From contig DATHVD010000046.1 in NCBI GenBank assembly GCA_035461525.1, forward strand, positions 14,636-78,635: a DNA stretch of 64,000 nt, read 5' to 3'. The notes below the pieces were generated by a model. That model ran no database searches. It worked only from the letters and a program-made list of their open reading frames with translations, and was not told where the DNA came from. Of the stretch, positions 8,799 to 18,734 are shown one piece after another. The stretch's first letter is position 1, and the number at the start of each line of letters is the position of its first letter. Both the position numbers and the translations under genes were made by a program. This DNA comes from Gaiellaceae bacterium. Lineage in GTDB: Bacteria > Actinomycetota > Thermoleophilia > Gaiellales > Gaiellaceae.

Positions 8799-9272
8799 GT
8801 GAAGGAGATCATTCTCACTCCAGAGGGCCACGAGAGGCTCAAGGAAGAGATCGAGGAGCTCTCGACGGTGAAGCGCCGCGAGGTCGCGGAGCGCATCAAG
8901 CAGGCCCGCGAGTTCGGGGACATCGCCGAGAACTCGGAGTACGACGACGCGAAGAACGAGCAGGCGATGCTCGAGCACCGGATCGCCACGCTCGAGGAGC
9001 GGCTGAAGGCGGCCCGCGTCATCGACGCCGACGAGATCACGACCGACGTCGTCAGCGTCGGCACGGTCGTGCGCCTGCGCGACGTCGACGCCAAGGAGAC
9101 GATCGAGTACGCGATCGTCGGCTCGGCCGAGGCGAACCCCGCGGAGCACAAGCTCTCGAACGAGTCGCCGGTCGGCAAGGCGATCCTCGGCCGCAAGAAG
9201 GGCGAGACCGTCGAGGTCGCCGCCCCGCGCGGGTCGCTCAAGTACAAGATCATGGACATCAAGGCCGCGTAG
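8799..9272 (+). CDS. greA: transcription elongation factor GreA
   Basis: 157 aa. The GTG start follows the RBS GGAGGAAGG. Contains LT.EG...L..EL..L....R.E....I..AR..GD..ENSEYDAAK and the C-terminal S..SP.GKAL.G...G motif. Confidence 0.9.
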   Translation: MKEIILTPEGHERLKEEIEELSTVKRREVAERIKQAREFGDIAENSEYDDAKNEQAMLEHRIATLEERLKAARVIDADEITTDVVSVGTVVRLRDVDAKETIEYAIVGSAEANPAEHKLSNESPVGKAILGRKKGETVEVAAPRGSLKYKIMDIKAA

Positions 9273-9354
9273 CGGCCCTCCCGGCGCCACCTGTCCCGCG
9301 CGGCCCGCCGCCCGCCTCGAGGGGGCGCCCGCGCGACTCACTAGACTCGCCGCG

Positions 9355-10731
9355 ATGAGCGCCCGCCCGCCCAGCCTTCCGACGCGGTTTCCCGACCGCG
9401 ACGAGATCGCCGCCGTCCGCCTCGAGGCCGACGCGCTCGAGGCCGGGGAGGAGGGGGACGTAACCCGGCGCCTCGCCGGGAGGGTACTCGGCCGGCGCGG
9501 GCACGGGAAGCTCGTCTTCCTCGACCTCGCCGACCGCTCGGGGCGGATCCAGCTCCTCGCCGCCGCCGACCGCGCCGGTCCGGTCGACCTCGACCTCGGC
9601 GACATCGTCGGCGTCGCCGGCAAGCCGACGAAGACGCGTCGCGGCGAGCCGTCCCTCGCCGTCGACGAGCTCGTGCTCCTGGCGAAGACGGCGCGGCCGC
9701 TCCCGGACACGTACCACGGGCTCGTGGACGCCGAGACCCGCTACCGCAAGCGGTACCTCGACCTGCTGGTGAACGAGGAGACGAGGCGCGACTTCGTGCT
9801 CCGGAGCGCGATCGTCTCCTCGATCCGCCGCCGTCTCGACGCGGACGGGTTCGTCGAGGTGGAGACGCCGGTGCTGCAGCCGCGCTACGGCGGCGCCTTC
9901 GCGGAGCCGTTCGTCACCCACCACAACGAGCTCGACCGCGACCTCTACCTGCGGATCGCCACCGAGCTCTACCTCAAGCGCCTCATCGTCGGCGGCCTCG
10001 AGCGCGTGTACGAGATCGGCAAGGACTTCCGCAACGAAGGCGTCTCCTACAAGCACCAGCCCGAGTTCACGATGCTCGAGTGGTACGAGGCCTACGCCGA
10101 CTACTCGGACACGATGGCGCGCATCGAGACCCTCCTCGCCGGCGTCGCCGAGGACGTCCTCGGGAGGACGAAGGTGACCTTCCGCGGCAAGGAGGTCGAC
10201 CTCGCGCCCCCGTGGCGGCGTCTCCGGCTCGTGGACGCGCTCGAGGAGCTGGGGCTCTGGACGCGGGACGAGGCCGACCTGCGCGCGCGCCTCGAGGAGC
10301 GCGGCGTCGACACGGCCGCCGACCGCACGTGGGCGCAGCTCGTCGACCATGCGCTCGGACACCTCGTCGAGCCGGAGCTCGCCGAGCCAACGATGATCCA
10401 CGACTACCCGGTGGAGCTCTCGCCCTTCGCGCGCACCCGGGACGACGACCCGACCATGACCGAGCGGTTCGAGTACTACGTCGCCGGGATGGAGCTCGGG
10501 AACGCCTACACCGAGATCAACGACCCGGACGAGCAGACCGCCCGCTTCGCGGAGCAGGCGGGCGTGGCCGGCGGAGAGCCCGGCGACCCCGACTTCGTCG
10601 AGGCCCTCGCCCACGGGATGCCGCCGACGGGCGGCCTCGGCCTCGGGCTCGACCGGCTCGTCATGCTCCTCACGGGGCGCGAGACGATCCGCGACGTGAT
10701 CCTCTTCCCGACCCTCCGCGAGCGCGAGTGA
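9355..10731 (+). CDS. lysS: lysine--tRNA ligase, class II
   Basis: 458 aa. Has an OB-fold N-domain (GRV...R..GKL.F.DL.D..G.IQ). Class II motifs are present: FVEVETP, YEIGK.FRNEG and GGLG.G.DRL.M. Confidence 0.9.
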   Translation: MSARPPSLPTRFPDRDEIAAVRLEADALEAGEEGDVTRRLAGRVLGRRGHGKLVFLDLADRSGRIQLLAAADRAGPVDLDLGDIVGVAGKPTKTRRGEPSLAVDELVLLAKTARPLPDTYHGLVDAETRYRKRYLDLLVNEETRRDFVLRSAIVSSIRRRLDADGFVEVETPVLQPRYGGAFAEPFVTHHNELDRDLYLRIATELYLKRLIVGGLERVYEIGKDFRNEGVSYKHQPEFTMLEWYEAYADYSDTMARIETLLAGVAEDVLGRTKVTFRGKEVDLAPPWRRLRLVDALEELGLWTRDEADLRARLEERGVDTAADRTWAQLVDHALGHLVEPELAEPTMIHDYPVELSPFARTRDDDPTMTERFEYYVAGMELGNAYTEINDPDEQTARFAEQAGVAGGEPGDPDFVEALAHGMPPTGGLGLGLDRLVMLLTGRETIRDVILFPTLRERE

Positions 10732-11699
10732 CCGGCGGGGGCGAGGCCGTCCCCGCGGTCTCGGTCGTCGTCCCGACGCTCGACCGGCCGGCCCGGGCGG
10801 CCGCCGTCGTCGGCGGGCTCCTCGCCGGCGACGAGCCGCCGCCCGAGCTCCTGGTCGTCGACCAGAGCGAGGGCGACGAGACGCGGCTCGCGCTCGAGCG
10901 CCTCGGCGACGAGCGCGTCCGCCACGTGAGCCACGCCCCGCCCTCGACCTCGGGCGCCCGCAACGAGGGCGCCCGCCTGGCCCGCGGCGAGTACGTGGCC
11001 TTCCTCGACGACGACGTCGTCGTCGGGCCCGGCTGGCTGGCGTCCGTGCGGGCCGAGCTCGCCCGCCTCGACCTTCCCGACGCCGTCTACGGCGAGGTGC
11101 GGGCCCCGGAGGGGTTCGTCCCCGGCCGCACGACCCTGCCCGTGAGCATCTTCCGCGTCGAGGACGCACAGGTGTGGGACAGGCCCGTGCACCCGAACCG
11201 GCTCGGCTACTCGGCCAACTGCGTCGTCCGCCGTTCCGTCTTCCTGGCCGCGGGCGGGTTCGACCCGAGGCTCGGCCCGGGCACGCGCTTCCCCGGGGCC
11301 GAGGACATGGACCTCGGCTACCGCCTCCTGAAGGAAGGTCGGCGTGTCGCCTCGACGCCGGGCTTTTCCGTCGTCCACGAGCAGTGGCGGGCCCCGGCCG
11401 AGCTGCCGCGCCTCTACTACGGCTACAACGTCGGCGGCGCGGCGTTCTGCGCGAAGCACCTGCGCGCCCGCGACCCCCGCGCGCTCCGCTTCCTCCTCGT
11501 CCAGGTCCGGGACGACGCGAAGATGCTCGCCAGCGCGCTCAAGCGCCGCTCGCGTCTGCGGGCCCGGGTCGCCGCGGCCCGCACGGCGGGCACGTGGAGC
11601 GGCCTCGCGCGCGGGCTCAGAGAGCTCGGCGCCATGTCCGCCGGGTCGCCGCCAGGCCGCGATACCTTCCCAGGATCCCCGCCAGACGGCGGTAGTTGA
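10728..11699 (+). CDS. glycosyltransferase family 2
   Basis: The GTG start overlaps the lysS stop. Contains VSVVVPT.DR, VVDQS, the DxD motif FLDDD, and the GG.D..L...ED.DL motif. Confidence 0.75.
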   Translation: MTGGGEAVPAVSVVVPTLDRPARAAAVVGGLLAGDEPPPELLVVDQSEGDETRLALERLGDERVRHVSHAPPSTSGARNEGARLARGEYVAFLDDDVVVGPGWLASVRAELARLDLPDAVYGEVRAPEGFVPGRTTLPVSIFRVEDAQVWDRPVHPNRLGYSANCVVRRSVFLAAGGFDPRLGPGTRFPGAEDMDLGYRLLKEGRRVASTPGFSVVHEQWRAPAELPRLYYGYNVGGAAFCAKHLRARDPRALRFLLVQVRDDAKMLASALKRRSRLRARVAAARTAGTWSGLARGLRELGAMSAGSPPGRDTFPGSPPDGGS

Positions 11700-12444
11700 G
11701 CCGGTGGAACAGCGCCGAATGACGGTTGTCCGGCGGCCGCCACCAGTCGCGCATCGCGTCGCCGAGCCGATAGGGAGGCAGCGGCACGAACTCGGCCAGC
11801 CCCGTCGCCTCCATCCGTTTTCGCCGGTACTGGAAGAGCGCGCTGCCGTCCCACTGGTGGCTCAGGTCGACCCACAAGAGCGGATCGAAGACGAGCACCC
11901 AGCCGGCGGCCGTCACGCGCAGCGCCCACCTGCGGTCCTCGGAGCTCGTGAGCCCTTCGGCGAACGGGATCCCGCGCCAGATCTCCGCGCGCCAGGAGGA
12001 GGCGTGGTTCGAGAAGCCCCAGAGCGGGTTCGTCCACGCGTGCTCCCCATCCTGGAAGAACGGCTCCTCGACCCGCGTCCCGTCCGGGAGCGTCTGGATG
12101 CCGTTCGTCCCCGCCACGTCGGCGCGCGCGTAGTGGGCGAGCGAGCGCTCCACCCAGTCGTCCCGCTCCGGGAAGCAGTGGGCCGAGAGGCAGAAGTGGA
12201 AGGGGGCCCGGGCCGCGTCGGCGCCGATGTTGATCGCGCGGCCGTAGTCGAAGGTCTCGGCCGGGATCTCGATCAGCGTGTCGCACCAGCGCCGGGCGAT
12301 CTCCACCGTGCGGTCGGTCGAGCCGGAGTCGACGACGACGATCTCGACGGGGACGGTCTGCCGCCGGAGCGCCTCGAACGTTCGCTCGATCGCCCACTCC
12401 TTGTTCTTCGCGCGGACGATGACGCTGGCGCGAGGCTCCGGCAT
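11617..12444 (-). CDS. glycosyltransferase family 2
   Basis: 275 aa. ASVIVRAKN, VVVDSGSTD and SED motifs are present. It converges on the previous GT2, with their 3' ends overlapping by 83 nt. Confidence 0.7.
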   Translation of the reverse strand: MPEPRASVIVRAKNKEWAIERTFEALRRQTVPVEIVVVDSGSTDRTVEIARRWCDTLIEIPAETFDYGRAINIGADAARAPFHFCLSAHCFPERDDWVERSLAHYARADVAGTNGIQTLPDGTRVEEPFFQDGEHAWTNPLWGFSNHASSWRAEIWRGIPFAEGLTSSEDRRWALRVTAAGWVLVFDPLLWVDLSHQWDGSALFQYRRKRMEATGLAEFVPLPPYRLGDAMRDWWRPPDNRHSALFHRLNYRRLAGILGRYRGLAATRRTWRRAL

Positions 12445-12470
12445 GGGCTGCGGGCAGGATAGAGGGCGGC

Positions 12471-13940
12471 GTGGAAGAGAAGGCCATCCGCGGCATCCCC
12501 TGGACGTTCCTCACGCTCGCGGGGAGCCGCCTCGTGCAGATCGGCGGCACGGTGGTCCTTGCGCGGCTGCTCGAGCCCGAGGACTTCGGCCTCGTCGCCC
12601 TCGCGCTCACGATCTCGATCCTCCTTGGGCTCGTGGCCAGCCTCGGCCTCGGCGGTGTCTTCGTCGTCGAGCAGGGGCTCGACGAGCGCGGGAAGGGCAC
12701 GTATCTGACGCTCTTTCTCGCAATGGGCGCCGGCTTCGCCGTGCTCATGGCCGCGCTCTCCCCGCTCGCGGCGCGCATCTTCGCCGAGCCGCGCCTCGAC
12801 GAGATCGTACTCGCCATGTCCGTCATGGTCTTCTTCAGCGGCGGCCTCAACTGGTTCTACGAGGCGCTCCTGCAGCGGGAGCTCGAGTTCCGCCGCCGCT
12901 TCGTCGCGCAGATGGTGCAGGCGGTGACGTACGCCGGAACGGGGGTGACGCTGGCGGCGCTCGGCGCGGGCGTCTGGAGCCTCGTCGCCGCGCAGATCGC
13001 GAGCGCCGGCTGCTACGCGGCCGCGCTCCTCGCGCTCGCCCCCTACCGGGTGCGCCCGGCCTGGGACGGCCCCGCCGCGCTCCACGGCCTGCGCGCGGGC
13101 CGCGGCTTCCTCGTCCAGGCGGTGACGAGCTTCGCGGCGCAGAACGTGGACATCGTCGTCGTCGGTCGGGTGCTGGGAGCCGCGCGCCTCGGGTACTACT
13201 CCCTCGCCGTGCGCCTCTCCGAGCTGCCCAACTGGTTCGTGGCCGAGTCGGTCGCCCGCGTCACCTTTCCCGGCTTCGCGCGGATGCGCCACCGCGGCGA
13301 GGACGTGACGCCGCCCTTCCTGACGGCGCTCCAGCTCGTCGCCTTCGCGACGTGCCCGCTCGGGATCGTCCTGAGCGGCGCCGCCGAGCCCGTGACGCTC
13401 GTCGTCTTCGGCGAGCGCTGGGCGCCCATGATCGGGCCGCTCGCCGTCCTCGGGGTCTGGGCGGCCGTGAAGCCGGTCCGGAACACGACCGCGTGGCTCC
13501 TCAACTCGGTCGGCGAGCAGGCCGTGCTCGGGCGCATCTCCCTCGCGCTGCTCGTCCTGCTCGTGCCAGCCGTCGCCGTCGCCGCGCGCCGCGGCGACAT
13601 CGCCGACGTCGCCTGGGTCGTCCTCGCCGAATCGGTCGTCGCGACCGCGGCCCTCGCCTGGTTCGCGCGCACGCGGGCCGGCGCCGGCCTCGGCCGCCAG
13701 TGGCGCGCGCTCCGGCCCGTGGCGCTCGCATGCGTCCCCGCGTGGCTCGCGACGCGCCTCGTCGTCGAGGCGACGGAAGGCGCCGCCGGCGCGGTCTTCC
13801 TCGTCGCCCCGCTCACCGCCGGGCTCGCCGCCTACCTCGCCGCCATCCTCGCCGCGGACCGCGGGCTCCCGCGCCACGCGCTCGCCCAGGCCCGCCGGAT
13901 GGTGAGCCCTGCGACCGAGCCGGAGCCGGAGGCTCCGTGA
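12471..13940 (+). CDS. Wzx-like polysaccharide flippase (MOP/PST family)
   Basis: 489 aa with about 12-14 predicted TM helices. The N-terminus (IRGIPWTFLTLAGSRLVQIGGTVVLARLL.PEDFG) is typical of PST flippases. Confidence 0.75.
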   Translation: MEEKAIRGIPWTFLTLAGSRLVQIGGTVVLARLLEPEDFGLVALALTISILLGLVASLGLGGVFVVEQGLDERGKGTYLTLFLAMGAGFAVLMAALSPLAARIFAEPRLDEIVLAMSVMVFFSGGLNWFYEALLQRELEFRRRFVAQMVQAVTYAGTGVTLAALGAGVWSLVAAQIASAGCYAAALLALAPYRVRPAWDGPAALHGLRAGRGFLVQAVTSFAAQNVDIVVVGRVLGAARLGYYSLAVRLSELPNWFVAESVARVTFPGFARMRHRGEDVTPPFLTALQLVAFATCPLGIVLSGAAEPVTLVVFGERWAPMIGPLAVLGVWAAVKPVRNTTAWLLNSVGEQAVLGRISLALLVLLVPAVAVAARRGDIADVAWVVLAESVVATAALAWFARTRAGAGLGRQWRALRPVALACVPAWLATRLVVEATEGAAGAVFLVAPLTAGLAAYLAAILAADRGLPRHALAQARRMVSPATEPEPEAP

Positions 13941-14800
13941 CCGGGGCGCCCGACGTCTCGATCGTCGTCGTCGCCTACGACGTCCGCGACGAGGTCCTCT
14001 CCTGCCTCGAGTCCGTGGAGCGCCACGCCGCCCCCGTCGCGACCGAGGTCTTCCTCGTCGACAACGCGTCGACGGACGGCACGGCCGAGGCGGTCGCCGA
14101 GAGGTTCCCGGCCGTCGAGACGGTTCGCCTGCCCGTGAACATCGGCGTCGCGGCGCGCAACGAGGGCCTCCGGCGCGCCCGCGGGCGGATGCGCATGTTC
14201 CTCGACAGCGACGCGCGCCTCACCGAGGGCGCCCTCGCCGACCTCGCCGGGTACCTCGACGCCCACCCGGGCGTCGGCCTCGTCGGGCCGAGGCTCGTCT
14301 ACGAGGACGGGACGCTCCAGCTCTCGGCCCGCCGTTACCCGCCGGTCCTCCTCCCGCTCCTGCGCCGTCCGCCGCTCGCGCGATTCTTCGACGGCAGCCG
14401 ATGGGTGCGCCGCCACCTCATGGCCGGCGAGCCGCACGACGCGACTCGCGAGGTCGAGTATGTTCTCGGCGCCTGCCAGCTCTTCACGGCGCGGGCGCAG
14501 GCGGCGGCGGGCGAGATCGACCCGCGGATCTTCTTCGGCCCGGACGACGTCGAGTGGTGCTTCCGGATCCGGCGGGCGGGGCTCGCCGTCGTCTACCACC
14601 CGGCGGCGACGGTCGTCCACGCCTACCGGCGCTCTTCGGCCCGCCACCCGCTCTCCCGGGTCGCGCTGCGCCAGCTCGAGGCGTTCGCGCGCTTCCAGTG
14701 GCGCTGGCGGCACGAGAGGGCCGCCCTCGTCGCCGAGGGGCGGGAGATGGACGCGCGGGCGCACGCGGCCCGGGCTGGCCGACCGCAATCCCCCGAGTAG
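13937..14800 (+). CDS. glycosyltransferase family 2
   Basis: The GTG overlaps the flippase stop (GTGA). Contains VSIVVVAYD, VDNASTDGT, the DxD motif FLDSD and DVEWC.R motifs. Confidence 0.8.
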   Translation: MTGAPDVSIVVVAYDVRDEVLSCLESVERHAAPVATEVFLVDNASTDGTAEAVAERFPAVETVRLPVNIGVAARNEGLRRARGRMRMFLDSDARLTEGALADLAGYLDAHPGVGLVGPRLVYEDGTLQLSARRYPPVLLPLLRRPPLARFFDGSRWVRRHLMAGEPHDATREVEYVLGACQLFTARAQAAAGEIDPRIFFGPDDVEWCFRIRRAGLAVVYHPAATVVHAYRRSSARHPLSRVALRQLEAFARFQWRWRHERAALVAEGREMDARAHAARAGRPQSPE

Positions 14801-14809
14801 ACTGAGACG

Positions 14810-16177
14810 ATGTCCGCCGACCAGCTCCTCGTCACGCTCTGGCGGCGCAAGTGGATCGTCCTCCTGACGGTGCTCGTGGCGACCGTGGCCACCTACGCGG
14901 TCAGTCTCCAGCTCCCGAAGGTGTACTCGGCCGAGGCGACCCTCTTCGTCGGCAACCGCAGCGAGGCGGGGAGCGACTTCGAGGCGATCCAGTCCTCCCA
15001 GGTGCTCGCGCGCACGTACGCCGAGCTGATCCAGAGCCCCAACGTGGCCGCGCGCGTCGCGGAGGAGCTGCCGGGCGGCGAGAGCCCGTCCGAGGTCCTC
15101 GAGCGCACGAGCTTCCGGCCGATCTCGGACACCCAGCTCCTCGTCGTCCAGGCGGAGGGCTCGACCCCGACCGAGGCGGCCGAGCTCGCCAATGCCTACG
15201 CGCAGGGATTCGCCTCCTACGTCGAGACCGAGCTCCCCGCGGAGACGAACGGCGAGGTCACGGTCGCGGACGCGGCGCAGCCTCCGGCCTCGGCCGTCCG
15301 GCCCCGGCCGGCGCTCTACACCGCCGTCATGTTCGTCTTCGCGCTCTTCCTCGGCGCCGGCCTCGCGCTCCTCCGCGACCGGCTCGACACGCGCCTCGGG
15401 AGCGAGGAGGAGCTCGCCAACGAGCTCGGCGTCCCCGTGCTCGCCCGCGTGCCGACGCTCGGCCGGCGCCGGCGCCAGGCGAAGGCGCGCGAGCAACGCT
15501 TCCTCGAGGCCTTCCGCATCCTGCGGACGAACCTCGCCTTCCTCTCGCCCCAACAGCCGCTCGCGAGCGTCGTCCTGGCGAGCGCCTCCCCGGCCGAGGG
15601 GAAGTCCACGTGCGCGATCGCCCTCGCACGCGTCATGGCCGAGCAGGGACGGAGGGTGCTCGTCATCGAGGGCGACCTGCGGCGGCCCGCGCTCGCGCGG
15701 ATGTACGAACTCGACGGTCCCGCGATCAAGGGCCTGACGCACTACCTCGCGCTCGGCTGGCGCTTCGAGGAGGTCGTGCACGAGACGCCGGTGCGGAACG
15801 TCTTCGTCATGCCCGCCGGCGCCGTGCCGCCGAACCCCTCCACGCTCCTCCGCCCGGACGCGCTCAAGAGCCTGCTCGCGGACGCGGCCGAGTGGGCCGA
15901 CTTCGTGATCGTCGACAGCCCGCCGCTCTCCGCCGGGGCCGACGCGACCATCCTCGCGCACGCCGTCGGCACCGTCATCTTCGTCGTCAACCACCGCCGT
16001 GGCTCGCGGACGAAGGTCGCCGCCTCCATCCGCCAGCTGCGGCAGACCGACGCGACCATCGCCGGCCTGATCGTCAACGAGATCGCCGGCGCGGACGACT
16101 CCGACCGCTACTACGGCGAGGTCGACCCGACCGAGGCCCACTCCGGCCCGCTGACGGCGACGCGCCCGCCGGCCTGA
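14810..16177 (+). CDS. polysaccharide co-polymerase (Wzz) fused to a BY-type tyrosine autokinase
   Basis: 455 aa. Has an N-terminal TM segment plus Wzz domain. Kinase motifs are Walker A SPAEGKST, A' VLVIEGDLRRP and B VIVDSPP. The C-terminal Tyr pair is DRYYG. Confidence 0.8.
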   Translation: MSADQLLVTLWRRKWIVLLTVLVATVATYAVSLQLPKVYSAEATLFVGNRSEAGSDFEAIQSSQVLARTYAELIQSPNVAARVAEELPGGESPSEVLERTSFRPISDTQLLVVQAEGSTPTEAAELANAYAQGFASYVETELPAETNGEVTVADAAQPPASAVRPRPALYTAVMFVFALFLGAGLALLRDRLDTRLGSEEELANELGVPVLARVPTLGRRRRQAKAREQRFLEAFRILRTNLAFLSPQQPLASVVLASASPAEGKSTCAIALARVMAEQGRRVLVIEGDLRRPALARMYELDGPAIKGLTHYLALGWRFEEVVHETPVRNVFVMPAGAVPPNPSTLLRPDALKSLLADAAEWADFVIVDSPPLSAGADATILAHAVGTVIFVVNHRRGSRTKVAASIRQLRQTDATIAGLIVNEIAGADDSDRYYGEVDPTEAHSGPLTATRPPA

Positions 16178-17613
16178 TGACGGCGCGGAGCTGGGCGCCG
16201 GCGGCTGGCCCGCGCCGGTCGCTCTCCCTCCTGGTGGCCGTCGCGGGCGCAGCGGCGGTGGCCGTCGCGGGCGGCGCCTACGCGATCGGCTCCTACCGCC
16301 TCGACGACCCGACGATCCTTCCGATCGTGGCGGCCGGGCTCGCCGCGGTCACGCTCGGGCTCTGGCGGCTCGAGTACGGGCTCGCGCTCCTCATCGTCCT
16401 CACCCCGCTGGCCGAGAACGCGCCCATCGCCGAGCCCGAGAACGCGCGCCTGCGGGTCGCCCTCGTCGCATGGGCGATGGTGCTCGTCGGCCTCCAGGCC
16501 GTCCGCTCGGTCCTGAGCGGACGGAGGCTCGAGGTGCCGCCGGTCTTCGCCGGCGCGCTCGCCTTCGTCGGCGCCGCGCTCGCGGCCGTCCCGTTCGCCG
16601 GGGACGGGCAGGCGGCGGCCTCCAAGTTCCTCCTCCTCGCCGGCTCCGTCTTCATCTACCTCCTGATCGCGCTCTTCCTCGACGACTGGCGATCCCTGCG
16701 GCCGATCTTCGCCGCGCTGCTCGTAGTCGGGCTCGTCGTCGCCGTGCACGCGCTCTGGCAGTACGCCACGGGTCAGCTGTCGCGCGTCGGCTTCGTCAGC
16801 GCGACGGGCGCCGTCGAGTACCGCGTGGCCTCGTTCTTCCCGCACCCGAACCAGCTCGCCGGCTTCGTCGTCCTCTTCGTGCCGCTCTCGATCGGGCTCT
16901 ACCGCGTCTTCGAGAGCCCGCTGGCGAAGGCCGCCTCGCTCGTCCTGGCGCTCGTAGCGCTCCCGGCAGCGATCGTCACGTACTCACGCGGCGTCCTCGT
17001 CGCCCTCGTGGCGCTCGTCCTCGCCTTCGCGCGGAACCGCAAGGCCTGGCCGCTGATCGCCGCGGCCGCCGTCCTCGTCGTCCTCCTGGCGCCCGCCGCC
17101 TGGCAAGACCGCGTTGCCGACGTCGGCCGCCTCGACCGTCCCGAGATCGCGACGAGGCTCGACTTCTGGGAGGCGTCCGTCGCCATGTTCCAGGCGCACC
17201 CGGTGGTCGGCGTCGGCCTGAACAACTTCGAGGAGGCGTACGCCGGCCTCGAGCTGACGGGCCGCAGCTTCCTGCCCGGCGGAGGGCTGACCGCACCGGA
17301 GACGGCGCACAACCTCTACCTGAACACGCTCGCGGAGCAGGGCCTCGTCGGGATCGCCGCGCTCGCGCTGCTCGTCCTCGCTGCCGCCCGCATGGTGCTC
17401 GCGCTGCGCCGCTCGCACGACCCCCGGATCCGCGGCTTCGGGCTCGGGCTCATGGGAGCGGGGATCGCGCTCCTGGTCTCGAACCTCTTCGACGTGACCT
17501 TCGTCGACCCGAAGACGTCGATGCTCGCCTGGACGCTCCTCGGCGTCGGCGCCGCGCTCCAGCGCATCGACGCGCGAACGCGCGGCGAGGCGGCGGCCTC
17601 GCCTCCCGAGTGA
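16177..17613 (+). CDS. O-antigen ligase/Wzy-like polymerase membrane protein
   Basis: ATG overlaps the upstream stop (TGATG). About 10-12 TM helices are predicted. A periplasmic-loop motif (HPVVGVGLNNF...AHNLYLN.LAEQG) is typical of the Wzy_C/O-antigen ligase family. Confidence 0.7.
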   Translation: MTARSWAPAAGPRRSLSLLVAVAGAAAVAVAGGAYAIGSYRLDDPTILPIVAAGLAAVTLGLWRLEYGLALLIVLTPLAENAPIAEPENARLRVALVAWAMVLVGLQAVRSVLSGRRLEVPPVFAGALAFVGAALAAVPFAGDGQAAASKFLLLAGSVFIYLLIALFLDDWRSLRPIFAALLVVGLVVAVHALWQYATGQLSRVGFVSATGAVEYRVASFFPHPNQLAGFVVLFVPLSIGLYRVFESPLAKAASLVLALVALPAAIVTYSRGVLVALVALVLAFARNRKAWPLIAAAAVLVVLLAPAAWQDRVADVGRLDRPEIATRLDFWEASVAMFQAHPVVGVGLNNFEEAYAGLELTGRSFLPGGGLTAPETAHNLYLNTLAEQGLVGIAALALLVLAAARMVLALRRSHDPRIRGFGLGLMGAGIALLVSNLFDVTFVDPKTSMLAWTLLGVGAALQRIDARTRGEAAASPPE

Positions 17614-18734
17614 AGCGCGACATCCTCTTCTACTCCGACTTTCCTTTCGGCTTCCACAACGCCGAGGCCGAGGAGAAGATGGCCCGCTTCGCGGCGCGGG
17701 GACATCGGGTCGTCTACGTCGAGCAGCTCGGGATCCGCAACCCGCGTCCCCGGCACCTCCTGCGCGCCCTTCGAGGGCGGCGCGGCGCCGGACGGCCCCG
17801 CCGAGCGGTGCCGTTCGAGGTCGTCTCGCCGAAGCTCCTGCCGCCGCGTCGCGCACCCGTCTTCGACGGGCTCAACCGCCGCTGGCTCGCGCGTCAGCTC
17901 CTCGCCCACGTGCGCGACCCGGCCGCGACCGTTCTCTGGGCGCGCTTCCCGACGCCCGAGCTCCTGCCGCTCGCCGAACGAGAGCCGTGGGCGGCCGTCG
18001 TCTACGAGTCGGTCGACGACCACCTGGCCAGCCCGGGGCTTCCGGAGCGTCTGCGGCCGGTCCTCGAAGAGGCCGAAGCGCGCCTGCTCGCGCGCGCCGA
18101 CGTCGTCTTCGCCTGGTCCGAGCCGATCCGGGCGCGGCTGGCCGCCCTGCACCCGAACGTGCGCCTGGCGACCGCCGCCGCCGACCTCGAGGCGCTCGCC
18201 CCGGCGGCGGCAGCACCCGGGGAGGAGCGCACCGCGGTCTTCGCGGGCGCGCTCGGGTTCCGCTTCGACGAGGAGCTCGCAGCCGCCGTCGCGCGGCTCC
18301 TTCCCGACTGGACGCTCGTCCTCGCCGGGCCGGTGGACGCCGGTGCGGAGAGCGCGCTCTCGGGGCTCCCCAACGTGCGCCTGACGGGGCCGTTCGAGCG
18401 GGCCGAGCTGCCGGGGCTCCTGGCCCGCGGGTCGGTCGCGCTCGTCCCCTACCGGCGCAACGAGTTCACGGACACGCTCGTGCCCGTGAAGATCGTCGAG
18501 TACCTCGCCGCCGGTCGGCCCGTCGTCTCGACGCCGATGCTCGCGGCCGAGGCGTTCGCCGACGTCGTCTCCTTCGCCGAGGGGCCCGAGAGCTTCGCGG
18601 CGACCGTGCGCGCCGCGGCGGCGGGCGACACGCCGGAGGCCCGCCGCAGGCGCGTGGAGCGGGCGCAGCCGTACTCGTGGGAGCGGCGCATCGACGACAT
18701 GGAGGCCGCGATCGAGGAGGCGGCGCGTGGCTGA
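17610..18734 (+). CDS. GT-B fold glycosyltransferase (GT1/GT4-like)
   Basis: The GTG overlaps the upstream stop. The C-terminal E-x7-E-like region (LVPVKIVEYLAAGRPVVST) and overall length fit a GT-B enzyme. Confidence 0.6.
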   Translation: MKRDILFYSDFPFGFHNAEAEEKMARFAARGHRVVYVEQLGIRNPRPRHLLRALRGRRGAGRPRRAVPFEVVSPKLLPPRRAPVFDGLNRRWLARQLLAHVRDPAATVLWARFPTPELLPLAEREPWAAVVYESVDDHLASPGLPERLRPVLEEAEARLLARADVVFAWSEPIRARLAALHPNVRLATAAADLEALAPAAAAPGEERTAVFAGALGFRFDEELAAAVARLLPDWTLVLAGPVDAGAESALSGLPNVRLTGPFERAELPGLLARGSVALVPYRRNEFTDTLVPVKIVEYLAAGRPVVSTPMLAAEAFADVVSFAEGPESFAATVRAAAAGDTPEARRRRVERAQPYSWERRIDDMEAAIEEAARG

